Shown piece after piece: positions 16,666-27,400 of a stretch of DNA of 64,000 bases. Location of the stretch: the IMG/VR virus record IMGVR_UViG_3300027749_000063, positions 35,220 to 99,219 of that record; one strand, written 5' to 3'. The position numbers were made by a program, and so were the translations under genes. Origin of the DNA: a virus. The notes under the pieces were generated by a model, which was not told the origin of the DNA, did no database searches, and was given only the letters and a program-made list of their open reading frames with translations. Positions within the stretch are counted from its first letter, which is position 1. Every line of letters starts with the position of its first letter.

Positions 16666-19600
16666 ATGCCAAACGATCCTAAATACCCTACACTTGCTCC
16701 TAACGTAGGAAGATTTTCTTCCAAAACAGTAAAGTTAGGAAATACTGCCCAGTCTCAAGCTTTGGCAAACGAAGGAATTATTGCTCAAAATAATTCTATC
16801 TTTCTTGCTCAACAAAAACAACAACAGGAAGCACTTAGAAGTAAAGCAGCTAACGATGCTAAGATTGATGGAGCATTGACAACTGCAGCACAAATTAATT
16901 TAGAAAGCGTAGGATCACTTAGACCAGGAATGTTCTTTTCTCCTCCGTCTACTAAAGGAACAATGGGTCCTCAGTTGACTACAGAGTATCAGTTAGTTAA
17001 CCAAGAGAAAAATAGATCTAAACAAATTCTTACAGAAAGCTTTGGAGAGAAAGATCCTATCTCAGAAGAGTTAGATAAAAAACTAGGTCAAGCAGAAGAT
17101 GAATTAAATACTTTTACTTCTAGAAAACAACAAGGTTCTGCTATTACCAGTGTAGGAGCAGAAGCAGGAGGAGGAGCAGGAGGATTTTTACAAGACTTTA
17201 TTGCAGAGAAGGCTTTAGGACAAGACACTAGTTTAAATAAAGAACAAGAATTAAAGAATACTATTGCTAATCTTAAACAGAGTCAAGCAACTATAAACTC
17301 TTTTAAATCCGATCTACAACTAAAGAAATTTACTACAGATTATCTTACTGAGTTAAAAGGACAAGGTAAGAAGTTTGGAGAACAAGAAGCAGCAACTCTA
17401 ATGCAGAAAGCAAAAGAGATTACAGCAAACCAAAGACATCTTACCAGAGGAGACGATTTGTATGATGACAACACATACAATACTTATATAAAAGACTTTC
17501 AGGGAAAGAATGATTTCTTTGACTGGAGACATACAGACATAAGTTTAGGTAATGCAATAAACTCTGTTTACAATCAAGTAAAATCTGCACAAGGTCCTGA
17601 GAGAGAAGAGTTGGTAGGAGTTCTTAACCAATTACAAGGTTATAGTAAAAGACATGAGGGTTCTAACAAAGACGCTTACGATCATTACTACGGGGGATCA
17701 AAACAATACTACAAAGAAAATACTCCTTGGAAAACTTATTTAGGTAACCAAATTGGAGGGGGAGTTGGAGAAGGATTATACAATGCTTTAGGTACAATAG
17801 TTAGTACTTCTCAAGATCTACTAGGATACCACTCTGCTGCATTTGCTTCTAGACAAGCTAAGGATAAATACTTTTCAGCTGATATGCTTCAAGCGGACTT
17901 AGATGGAGATGGTAGGATTACAGAAAGAGATCAAGACATTAATGGTCAATATCAGTACATTGGAAAGAATGTTACTTATATAAAAGCAGGAGATGGACCA
18001 GATAAAAAAGGAAAGGGTGATGTAGGTTTTATTGGGCAATCTGTTTTAGGAGCTTCTGTAAGAACTCTTGCAGAAATGGCACCTACTTTATTACTTACTA
18101 GGGGTATGATGGCAGCAGGTGCTGGCATGCGAATAGCAACCTTTGCTCCAGTTGCTTTAACTTCTACTATTCGTTCTTATGAAGAGAATCGTAAGTGGTT
18201 CAAAGATAAAGGCACTGCAGCTTTAGTAAGTGGTATTCAAGGAATTATTGAAGGAGCAACTGAATCTATTGTTCCAGACATTAGTTACTTTATGGGTAAC
18301 AAGTCTTTAGGAACAAAAGCTTTAAACAATAGTAGTAGAAAATATTTTACAGCTCAAACTTTAGTTCCTGAGTTTACAACACTTTCTAATGCGGGTAAAA
18401 ACTTTCTTTTAGGAACAGTCTATGCAGGAAAAGCTTTAGGTAAACAAACTTTACAAGAAGGTGCTGAAGAAGAACTTTCGATGTTTGCTAACTATATCTT
18501 AGATAAACAACTTGAAACAAAAGATGATCTTTATGGAAAGAGAGAACAGGAGTTAGATGATAGCAGTGTAGAAGGATTCTTTAAGTCAGTAGCAAAAACA
18601 TTTGTTGAGTCTGCAGCTGCAGGATTACTTATGTCTGGTACTGCTATAGGAAGTTCTCGTACAGAAGATAGGAACTATATGCGATTTAACATTGCAAATA
18701 ATCCTGACCAATTTAAAACAGAACTAAAAAGCCAACTAGAAGCAAAGAAGATTACACAAGATCAGTATAATAAAGGAATTTTGGAGACAGGTCGCTTAAG
18801 TCAATTACAAGAACAAGCGACAAGTACTATGATGAATCTAGTAGACTCAGAAAATCTATTAGAAGATCATGACAAACAATACGAATACTTTTCTAAATTA
18901 CTTACTAGAGATGATCTATTAACTAAAGTAGATTACAATGCTTTGTCTGAAACAGAAAAAGCAGAATACGTTAAGAAAGTAGAGACTGTAGAAAAAGAGA
19001 TAGATAGCTTTGAAAATTCAGCAAGACAGTATGCAAACATGCCTAAAGAAGAGAAAGAAGGCATACTGGCTAAAATGTTTCAGAAGAATCTTGAAACTGT
19101 AAAGAACACAAACAATCCTGCAGTACTTGCAAAAAACTTAAAAGCCATTACAGATGCAATTGAAATAGGAGAGAAAACAGGTAAAGGTTCTCAAGTAGCA
19201 ATCTCAGGAAGACAGCAAGTAAGAGAAGCTTTAGTAGGACAGATAGAAAGACTTCAAACTGTAGAGGATAATGGGAACACTGTATATGAGAATCAATTAT
19301 TAAATACTCCTATAGAATCTGCTGGAGAGTCTATGCAGATAAGTAATGCTGTTAAGTTAGAAAACCTATTGACTGAGAATAAAAACTTAGTCAGCCCTGC
19401 AGTAAGACAACAGTTACTTGGTAAGATTGCTCAGGCTTCTAGTGTTGCAAGAGAAAGACTTAATAGCCTTTCTAAGAAAGAACAGAAGAAAGTTATTGCT
19501 AGAGAATTAGCAAGAGTAGAATTAATATACCCTGGTACTGCTTTTAATAAAGAAAGATTAAAGACATTATTTGGTCAAGACTTAACTCAAGAAGAACACT

Positions 19601-21378
19601 CAGAAGTAATACAGCAAGCTTCAGTTATAACTGCTAGAGAGAAGGAAACTCTTAAGGACGAAGACATATTACAACCTCAAGACGAGGATATAACATTAAA
19701 CTCTTTACTTAAATCTATTGAAGCTACTCCTGCAGAGATTCAAGTAGAGAATGAGATGGGTAATGTAGAAACAAAAAGAAATGAAGAAAGAGTTACTAGG
19801 GAGCGTAGAGCTGTTATGTCTATTCCTAGAGCTAAATCTAAAGAACAAGCAAGAGGTAGAGTTAAAGCTATCTTTAAGGTACTAGGTTATGATACTGAAC
19901 AAATAAATAAAGCTTTAGAAGATCTTAACAAAGTATTTGATAATCAAGAAGTTACAAGTCCAGGTGAAATCTATGAAGGATTTCTTCGCTTCCTTGACTC
20001 AAACTTATTACGTTCTTTACCTGATAGAGCTATTACAACTTCAGAAGATATATTAGCTGAAGAACCTATAGTAACAGAAACAGTAACTCCTCCTATAGTA
20101 ACTGAAACACAGACTTCTGTTGTATCTGAAGAGGATGCTTTATTTGGAACTAATGAAGAGATTGATGCTCGTAGAGGAGCAGCAGAAGTTGTTGTAGAAG
20201 GTCCTACAATAGATGCAGCAGACGAAGTGATAACTGAAACTCCTATTCCTGTAGTGGATCCATTAGATGGTTTAGAAGTAGTTGCTGCAAAGAGTATAGA
20301 TTCCCCTAATCTAGTGGCAACTGTTCCTACAGTATTTACAAATAGTAATGCAGTAGTACAAAGTTCTATTATGAGAACGATCAGTCAATCCTTAGAGTCT
20401 TTTAATCTAAAAGTAGTAGATATGTTCTCTTTTATAAGAGAGACTTTAGGAGAGTCAGCTATGCCTACCTTAGAGAACATCTATAATAATCTAACAGAGG
20501 CGCTTAAAACAAACGACACAGAAGCTATTGCTAGACTTAAAGAAGAGTACTTAGCTGTATTTAGTGGTAGTACATTTGCTAATGAGCAGTTAGAATATAT
20601 CTGGAAAGCACAATACGTAAACGGAAAACCTGATGCTTCCATTCCTTTCCAAGACTTAGCTTATGTTACCAATGGACAGTTTGCTACAGCATACCAAGGA
20701 GACGAAGTAATTGTTACTGCAGTAAAAAAAGAGACAGGAGAAGTGTTTACTTATAATGCAACTGTAACAGGCAAAGTAAATGAATCAAACCAAATCGAAG
20801 TAAAGACTCGTAAGGGTAATATAGTTTATATTAAGAAGAGCAACCTCCAAACTATTGCTCCTAGAACAATAAGTGTAAGAGCAAACTTTAATCAAACTAA
20901 CTCTATTATGATGACTGCAGTAGATAGAACTACTGGAGAGATTGCTAAGTTTAATTCTAACGGAAAAAGAGATGCTCAAGGAGATACACAGTTAAATACA
21001 TTTGTTCCTAGAGAGAATGACGCTATGAAAGAAGTAAGAAAAAGTCTTGCTTCAGGTCAACCTGTTGCTCACACTCTTCCTATACATGCAGGAGCAAGAA
21101 TCAATAGTGCTTTTGCTTATGAAAAGGGAAAGACTTCTGTTTACTTAACAGCTTCAGTTACAGGAATTAACACTGACATACAAACAGTAGCACCTGTAGA
21201 ATTAGATGTAGTATCTGAAGAAATAGTAGAACCACAAGTAACTTCTACCTTAAGTAAAGACGAATTAGACATTCTTTCTTTTGATACTAGTCAGATAGAC
21301 AACCTAGAGATTTCTGAAAATCCTATAAATCAAAGTGATGCGAAAGAGATAGAGGATGCAGCAAGCTGTAAACTATAA
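16666..21378 (+). CDS. Large ejection protein of the virion RNAP cassette
   Basis: 1570 aa; Gly/Ala-rich amphipathic segments and an EGAEEE motif; acidic linkers; a single Cys, in the C-terminal SCKL. Confidence 0.6.
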   Translation: MPNDPKYPTLAPNVGRFSSKTVKLGNTAQSQALANEGIIAQNNSIFLAQQKQQQEALRSKAANDAKIDGALTTAAQINLESVGSLRPGMFFSPPSTKGTMGPQLTTEYQLVNQEKNRSKQILTESFGEKDPISEELDKKLGQAEDELNTFTSRKQQGSAITSVGAEAGGGAGGFLQDFIAEKALGQDTSLNKEQELKNTIANLKQSQATINSFKSDLQLKKFTTDYLTELKGQGKKFGEQEAATLMQKAKEITANQRHLTRGDDLYDDNTYNTYIKDFQGKNDFFDWRHTDISLGNAINSVYNQVKSAQGPEREELVGVLNQLQGYSKRHEGSNKDAYDHYYGGSKQYYKENTPWKTYLGNQIGGGVGEGLYNALGTIVSTSQDLLGYHSAAFASRQAKDKYFSADMLQADLDGDGRITERDQDINGQYQYIGKNVTYIKAGDGPDKKGKGDVGFIGQSVLGASVRTLAEMAPTLLLTRGMMAAGAGMRIATFAPVALTSTIRSYEENRKWFKDKGTAALVSGIQGIIEGATESIVPDISYFMGNKSLGTKALNNSSRKYFTAQTLVPEFTTLSNAGKNFLLGTVYAGKALGKQTLQEGAEEELSMFANYILDKQLETKDDLYGKREQELDDSSVEGFFKSVAKTFVESAAAGLLMSGTAIGSSRTEDRNYMRFNIANNPDQFKTELKSQLEAKKITQDQYNKGILETGRLSQLQEQATSTMMNLVDSENLLEDHDKQYEYFSKLLTRDDLLTKVDYNALSETEKAEYVKKVETVEKEIDSFENSARQYANMPKEEKEGILAKMFQKNLETVKNTNNPAVLAKNLKAITDAIEIGEKTGKGSQVAISGRQQVREALVGQIERLQTVEDNGNTVYENQLLNTPIESAGESMQISNAVKLENLLTENKNLVSPAVRQQLLGKIAQASSVARERLNSLSKKEQKKVIARELARVELIYPGTAFNKERLKTLFGQDLTQEEHSEVIQQASVITAREKETLKDEDILQPQDEDITLNSLLKSIEATPAEIQVENEMGNVETKRNEERVTRERRAVMSIPRAKSKEQARGRVKAIFKVLGYDTEQINKALEDLNKVFDNQEVTSPGEIYEGFLRFLDSNLLRSLPDRAITTSEDILAEEPIVTETVTPPIVTETQTSVVSEEDALFGTNEEIDARRGAAEVVVEGPTIDAADEVITETPIPVVDPLDGLEVVAAKSIDSPNLVATVPTVFTNSNAVVQSSIMRTISQSLESFNLKVVDMFSFIRETLGESAMPTLENIYNNLTEALKTNDTEAIARLKEEYLAVFSGSTFANEQLEYIWKAQYVNGKPDASIPFQDLAYVTNGQFATAYQGDEVIVTAVKKETGEVFTYNATVTGKVNESNQIEVKTRKGNIVYIKKSNLQTIAPRTISVRANFNQTNSIMMTAVDRTTGEIAKFNSNGKRDAQGDTQLNTFVPRENDAMKEVRKSLASGQPVAHTLPIHAGARINSAFAYEKGKTSVYLTASVTGINTDIQTVAPVELDVVSEEIVEPQVTSTLSKDELDILSFDTSQIDNLEISENPINQSDAKEIEDAASCKL

Positions 21379-21408
21379 TAATTAAGTTTTAAAAGTATCA
21401 AACTAAAG

Positions 21409-21416
21409 TATATTTG
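21409..21416 (+). promoter_or_regulatory. -7 promoter element TATATTTG
   Basis: Exact match, 5 nt before the ATG at 21422; no clear -33 TTG. Confidence 0.6.
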
Positions 21417-21421
21417 TAAAG

Positions 21422-24400
21422 ATGGCAAAAATAAACTGTCCTGATAGGGGTAATAAAGATTTCTTAGATTTAAGTAATGCACTAGGCAGTGATGCTTTAG
21501 CTAAATTTATATGGTATAAGAATAGCAACCTTCCTTTGAATCAAACAGAGGACGCAGAAGGAAACATTGTACCTAGTGAAGTATATGATCGTATATTAAA
21601 TGAAGTTGCAGAAGGTAATGAGGCACAAGCTTTAGCTATGGTCTCTACTATGTATCTTCCTAGTTTCCAAGAAAAGTACAGAGAAGAAGATCCAGCCTTT
21701 ACAGTTGACTACATAAAACAAGAAGTACAAGATCATCAAGACAAAGCAGCTAAGAGACAAGGACAACTTATAGAGGAAAAGATAATTCCAGGTACAAAAA
21801 CTCTTTACATTCAAACACCTGAAGGAGACATTGTATACACTCAAGAAGAGGGTAAGGAAATCTTTGACAGCTTAGAGTATTTATTGGCTACAAAGAAAAG
21901 TTGGAAAAGTACTATTGATGCTTTGAAAGAAAGATTCGAAGACATTAGAACTAAAGTAAAAAACTCTACTGTAGATCCTAATGTTATAGTTACACCCCAA
22001 GATACTCTAGTAGGAAAAAACCTTGTTAACATTTTAAAGAACTGGCCTCAAGTAAAAGCTTGGTATCTAAGTCAAGAATCTGTATTTGGATTAGAAGCAA
22101 TAGATGATGAGGTTAATCAAGAGATAGGTAACAGTCCTTACAATAAGAATGCGCATGACTCAAGTCAGATGGATTTGGCTTCATCCCAAGTTATCAAACT
22201 AGTACAAGCTTTACCTAAGTACAATAAACTAACTACACAAGATAGAAAAGATATTAAGTCAGGTAAGAAAAGTATATCTGACTTTCAAGTAATAAGTAAC
22301 ATTACTGGATTTCCTGTAGTAGGGAACTTCTCTACTAACTGGAATGTACTTACTTCAAGTCTATCAGGAATAACTGAATACCCTAAAATTCTTGCAGAGT
22401 TAGCGGTAGTAGCACAAGAGTATCCACAGTTTAATGATATGGTTTCTTTGCTTCCTGAAGAGGATGTGCAAGACGTAGATCTAAACACAGCAAACTTTGT
22501 AGCTTCTTTTGTACAGACAGTCTCTATGCCAGAGATTCTTGCATACCAACTATCTGTTAAAAAACTTACAGGTTCTACTGAATCAAGTAACTTGGTTAGT
22601 AAAGTATTCCAACTAGGTACTAGAACAACTGATAACCTAGTTAGATACTTTGATGAGGATTACTTTAAGTCTAATCCTAAATACGGAACTGTAAATGACA
22701 AAGGTGAGACAGTTTTAAATGTACCTAAGTTATTAGAAGATTTTAGTTACATAAAGAACATCAAACAATTCTTTGCAGGACGTAATAAACTTACAAATGA
22801 GAAGGGAGATTATACTCCAGAAGGCAAAGAGTTATTACAAGGGATACATAAGTTCTACAATGCCTTAGGTATTATTCCTACTAATGCACTTTACCAAAAA
22901 GATAAGAAAGCGCTTTATGACTTTTTATCTGATACTACTTTTACTGTAAGAGAACTGTATGACAAATTAGAAGAGAGTATAGATAACACTTCTATTACTC
23001 AACCTTTACAATTTTTAGGTAAGTCACAAGGATCAGGTAAAGCACTAGGACCTAAGTTTGATGCTATTAATGCAGTTGTAGGATACTATGGTAAATTTGA
23101 AAGAGAGTTTGCTTCAGGTTCTTACTTTAACTCTGAAGATAAACTTCAGTACAATAAAGTACAGTACTTCTACCTTACTCAAGTAACTAATGCTTTAAAC
23201 TCTGTAAAGAGTTATAACGAACTTATAGCTAAGCCAGAGTTTGCTCACCTTGATGTTAGATTGAATCCTAATATTATAGGATCTCTTTGGTTAGAAAAAA
23301 TGTTTGGTATTACTGTTAAGGATAAAACCTTACCTCAGTTATACAAAGAACTTAATTCAGGTAAACAGTTTCCTAGACTTAAAACACAGTTTAGTAAACA
23401 AGACTTTAAGATTAACATTGTAAACTTCTCAGGAGTTAAGGTTGAAGCAGATTTAAAAGACGGTGTAACTACTACCGAACTTACTTCTGAAGATAAAATT
23501 ATACAGGATTTTGCTTCTTTCTTCCAAGAAGGTATGACAGAGAACATCCGCTTTGGAGACAAAGGAACTTCTTATGCTACCATGACCTCAGGTAAAGTAG
23601 AAGAAAGAATGTACGTACCTTTAGATCCTGCAGTATTAGGTAGTAGTGAAAAGTCTACTGTAGTAGAAAAAGTACTAGCAGACCAATTCAAGGCTTACCT
23701 AACTTCAGAGGTAGCAAGAGTACTCAACATTCTAAATAGCGATAAGAAGCACGTATACAATACAAAAGGAAAAGAGTTGTTTATATTCAAAGACATCCTT
23801 CCTAAAGAAGATTATGCTGACTTAACTAGTAACGACAAAGCAACTGTTATAGCAGCCTTTACTCGTGTTAGTGATCAATTACCTACTCACTTGAGTAAGT
23901 ACTTTGAAACACAAACTGCTCTCTACAAACAACGTCTAATAGAATCTACACTAGGAGACAAGAGTGCTATTACTGATAACTCTACTGAACAACAGAAGGA
24001 TCAAGACTTAGCAAATATGTTAAATGCTTTAAACTTTGCTAATCCTGCCTTGTTTAAAAAGAATAAGATTACTCCACAAAACTTAGACTACGTTATAGCT
24101 AACTACTTAAAGAATGATTTCATTCATAAGGTAGAGTTTATGAAAGTCTTTGTAGGAGACATTGCTAACTTCCAAGTTAAGGGAGACTTTCGTGAGGTAT
24201 TTAAACGTATTCCTTTTACTTCTTCTCCTGGATTTGTATTCCAAGACAATGCTGCTGTAATGGCTTATTTAAATAATAGTGGGAACACTAATGGTTTATA
24301 CAAAGCATTAAGAGGAGCAACTCAGAAGTTTCGTAAGACAGTTAGAACAGTTGTCTTTAATGATGTAAATACATTTAGTAAAGAAGACTGGCCTACTTAC

Positions 24401-27400
24401 AGAGCAGCTTTAGGACTTCCTGATACATTAGAGTACCAAGAGTATGTCAACTCTCCTAAAGAAGCAGATGCTCAGGGTTTAGTTAGTTTAGATTTTTATC
24501 GTAACTACATACTAGGATTAGGTCAATGGTCTCAAGAACAAGAAAACGCTTACTTAAATGAGATTGAAATATTTAAAATCTTAAACAAGAAAGATAAAAC
24601 TGAAGAGGACTATGCAAAGATGCAAGAACTCAAGGACAGTACAAACTATGTAGGATTTCCTCCACTTAAGTTAGGTCACTACGGAGCTATTGTAGAGGAT
24701 CCCAAGTTAACTGCCTTACATAAGTATTCTTTGGCTCCAATGATTCCTTCTATGATTGCAGGAACTCAATTAGAGGAGTTGAATAAGCAAATGATTGCTA
24801 AGCAAATTGACTATGCAACATTTAACTCAGGTTCTAAAGCTTCTAACTATGGAGATGCCTTAGACTTTTATGTACCAGATGCAGACAATGCAGGTACACT
24901 TAAAGTAAACCCTAGTATTAAAGGAAACAACATTACGTCTTTACACTTAAAGAATCTTAAACAACAGCAATACATTGCTCCTAAATTTAAGAATGAGGCT
25001 ACACTTTCTACACAGATGGTTAAGCTTATCTTTGGTGACTTTTTTACTGCAGGAAACCTAAGCAACTTGAATGCAGGTACAGCTAAGACAGTCCAAGATT
25101 TATACAAAGAGTACGATCAAGTGCTTGGTAATATCATTGGAATAGAAGAAGCAAACTTATTTAATAAGATAGGTTTGACAAGAGATTCTAGTGGAGCTAT
25201 ATTAGGATTTGATAATAAGAAGTTCTATAACTTCCTAAAGAGTGAGATGGAAAAAAGAGACACTAGTCAGTCTCTTAGGCGTTACATCCAATTAGATGCA
25301 GCAGGAAACTTAAAATATCCCTTAGACGCTACTAAGAATAGAGCAGAGATAGAAAACATCTTATTGTCTATTATTAATAACAAGATTATCTCACAGAAAC
25401 TTCACGGAGAGTCTTACATCCAGATGGCTTCTACAGCTCAGGGAAGTACTAGATTTACTAAACCTACTGAAGAACAGATTAAGAAGTTTGGAATTAATGG
25501 CTTAAGATTCTATCGCAAAGGGGTAAATGGTACAGAGCCTGCAGATGTTAAGATTGCGTTTAATCCTAAGAAGCATGCTCCTCTATTAAACTTAACCTTT
25601 AAAGGACAAAAGATTGGTACAGTAGAAAGACTTAATAAAATTCTAAAGTCTAATAACAAAGAAGCAACTGATTGGGTAGATCAACATACAAAACAACTTA
25701 CTTTAGTAGGAGTACGTATTCCTGTACAGGGTTTAAATTCTATGGAGTATTTTAGAGTAAGAGAGTTCTTATCTACTAGTGCAGGTCCTGTAATTGTAGT
25801 TCCTCCTCAAATTATTGTTAAGGCTGGTTCTGACTTTGATATAGATAAGTTAACTATGTTTGAACCTAAATTGGATCAAAATGGTCAATTAATTAATGAT
25901 GCAGGTTTTACATTAGAAAATTATAATAAAGCATTACCAACTAAAGCTGAGTCTGTACGAATATTAAAAACTTTAAGAGCAGCTAAACAATCTCTAGTTG
26001 AGACCTTAGAAACTATTCCTTCTTATTTAAACAAGAAAGAATTAGAGAAAGAGATAAAAGAACTTAACGAATCTATGTCTTCTACCGAGGAGAACATAGG
26101 CAAGTTTGCTAATACAAAAATGAACTTAGAAGAACTTCAGGCTTTAATGTCAGAAGGATCTACTGAGAAAGAAGACTTGATTAAACAAAAGATAGAAGAA
26201 GTTAAAGCGTTAAGTAAGTCTGGAGAATTAGCGGGTGCATTATCTGCATTGAAAGCACTCAAAAATGAAATTGGAGATTACTCATCTGCTGTGTCTAACG
26301 TAAACAACTTTAAGGACGGTAACGTTAACAGACTTATAGATGTGTTTACTTCAGTTATCTCAATGCCTGAGAACTATAACAAGTTAGTTCTTCCTAATAC
26401 AAACACAATCTTAACAGAGATCTCTGACAAGTTAAATCAGAATCCAATTACTTCTACTGGTTTGTTTAGTCCTCTTACATCTAATCGTGTATATGGAGAC
26501 AATATCGAGTCTAAGAAAGCTTTGGGTATTGACGCTAAACTTAACACTATGCAGAAGGAGTTCCAAATTGCAGGCTTAGTTTACAATAACGAACTCTCTG
26601 GATTTTATCCTTTTGATGCAAACAGAGTAAACGGAGGTATTAGCTTAGGAGAACAAACTCTTACAGATGGAACTGTTATCTCTAGGGTAATCAGTGAAAC
26701 AATTAACGGGCACGTAGATATTGCAAAAGAAGATTGGATTATTCTTTTAGGTTTAGATAAAGCTAAGACTCCTCTTTTTCATGCTATGATTCTTGCAGGT
26801 ACTCCTGTAAGAACTGCTTTAGATTTTTTGAACAAGCCTTTAGTTAAGTATGTACTTAAAGAATCTAACAGAGGTCTGTTGTTTAAACAAATTGGAATGA
26901 GAAGAGGAAGACCAGTTAGTATGACATTTAAGAATGTAATGGTGCAAACATTAAAAGACTTAAATGTATCCGACAACACTAAGTCTTACATTAATATTGC
27001 AATAGATACTTTTAGTAATAAAGATGTAGTTAAGTTTAAACCTTTGATGATGGATTTAAATCGTTTCATCACTGAAGGTGGAGTTAACAATGAATCAGAT
27101 AAACAACAACTAGAAGATTTGTTTAACTTGTATATAATTAAAGAGTTACAAGGATCAGTTCAACAGTTAACTAGTTTAGTAGATTACAACACTAAGAGAT
27201 TCCAAAACTCCTATCAAGTAAAAGCAGATGCAATTACTTACGGCAGAGTAGTAGAAAGTTTTAATAGAGACGGTTTAAATAAACTTACTCAACAGTCTGC
27301 TTTATCTAACTTTAACCAAGCAGGAACAGTTCTTTCCCTCATGCCACAAGTATTTGATGTATCTAATCATCCTTCAGTATTAGATGCTATTTCTCAATAC

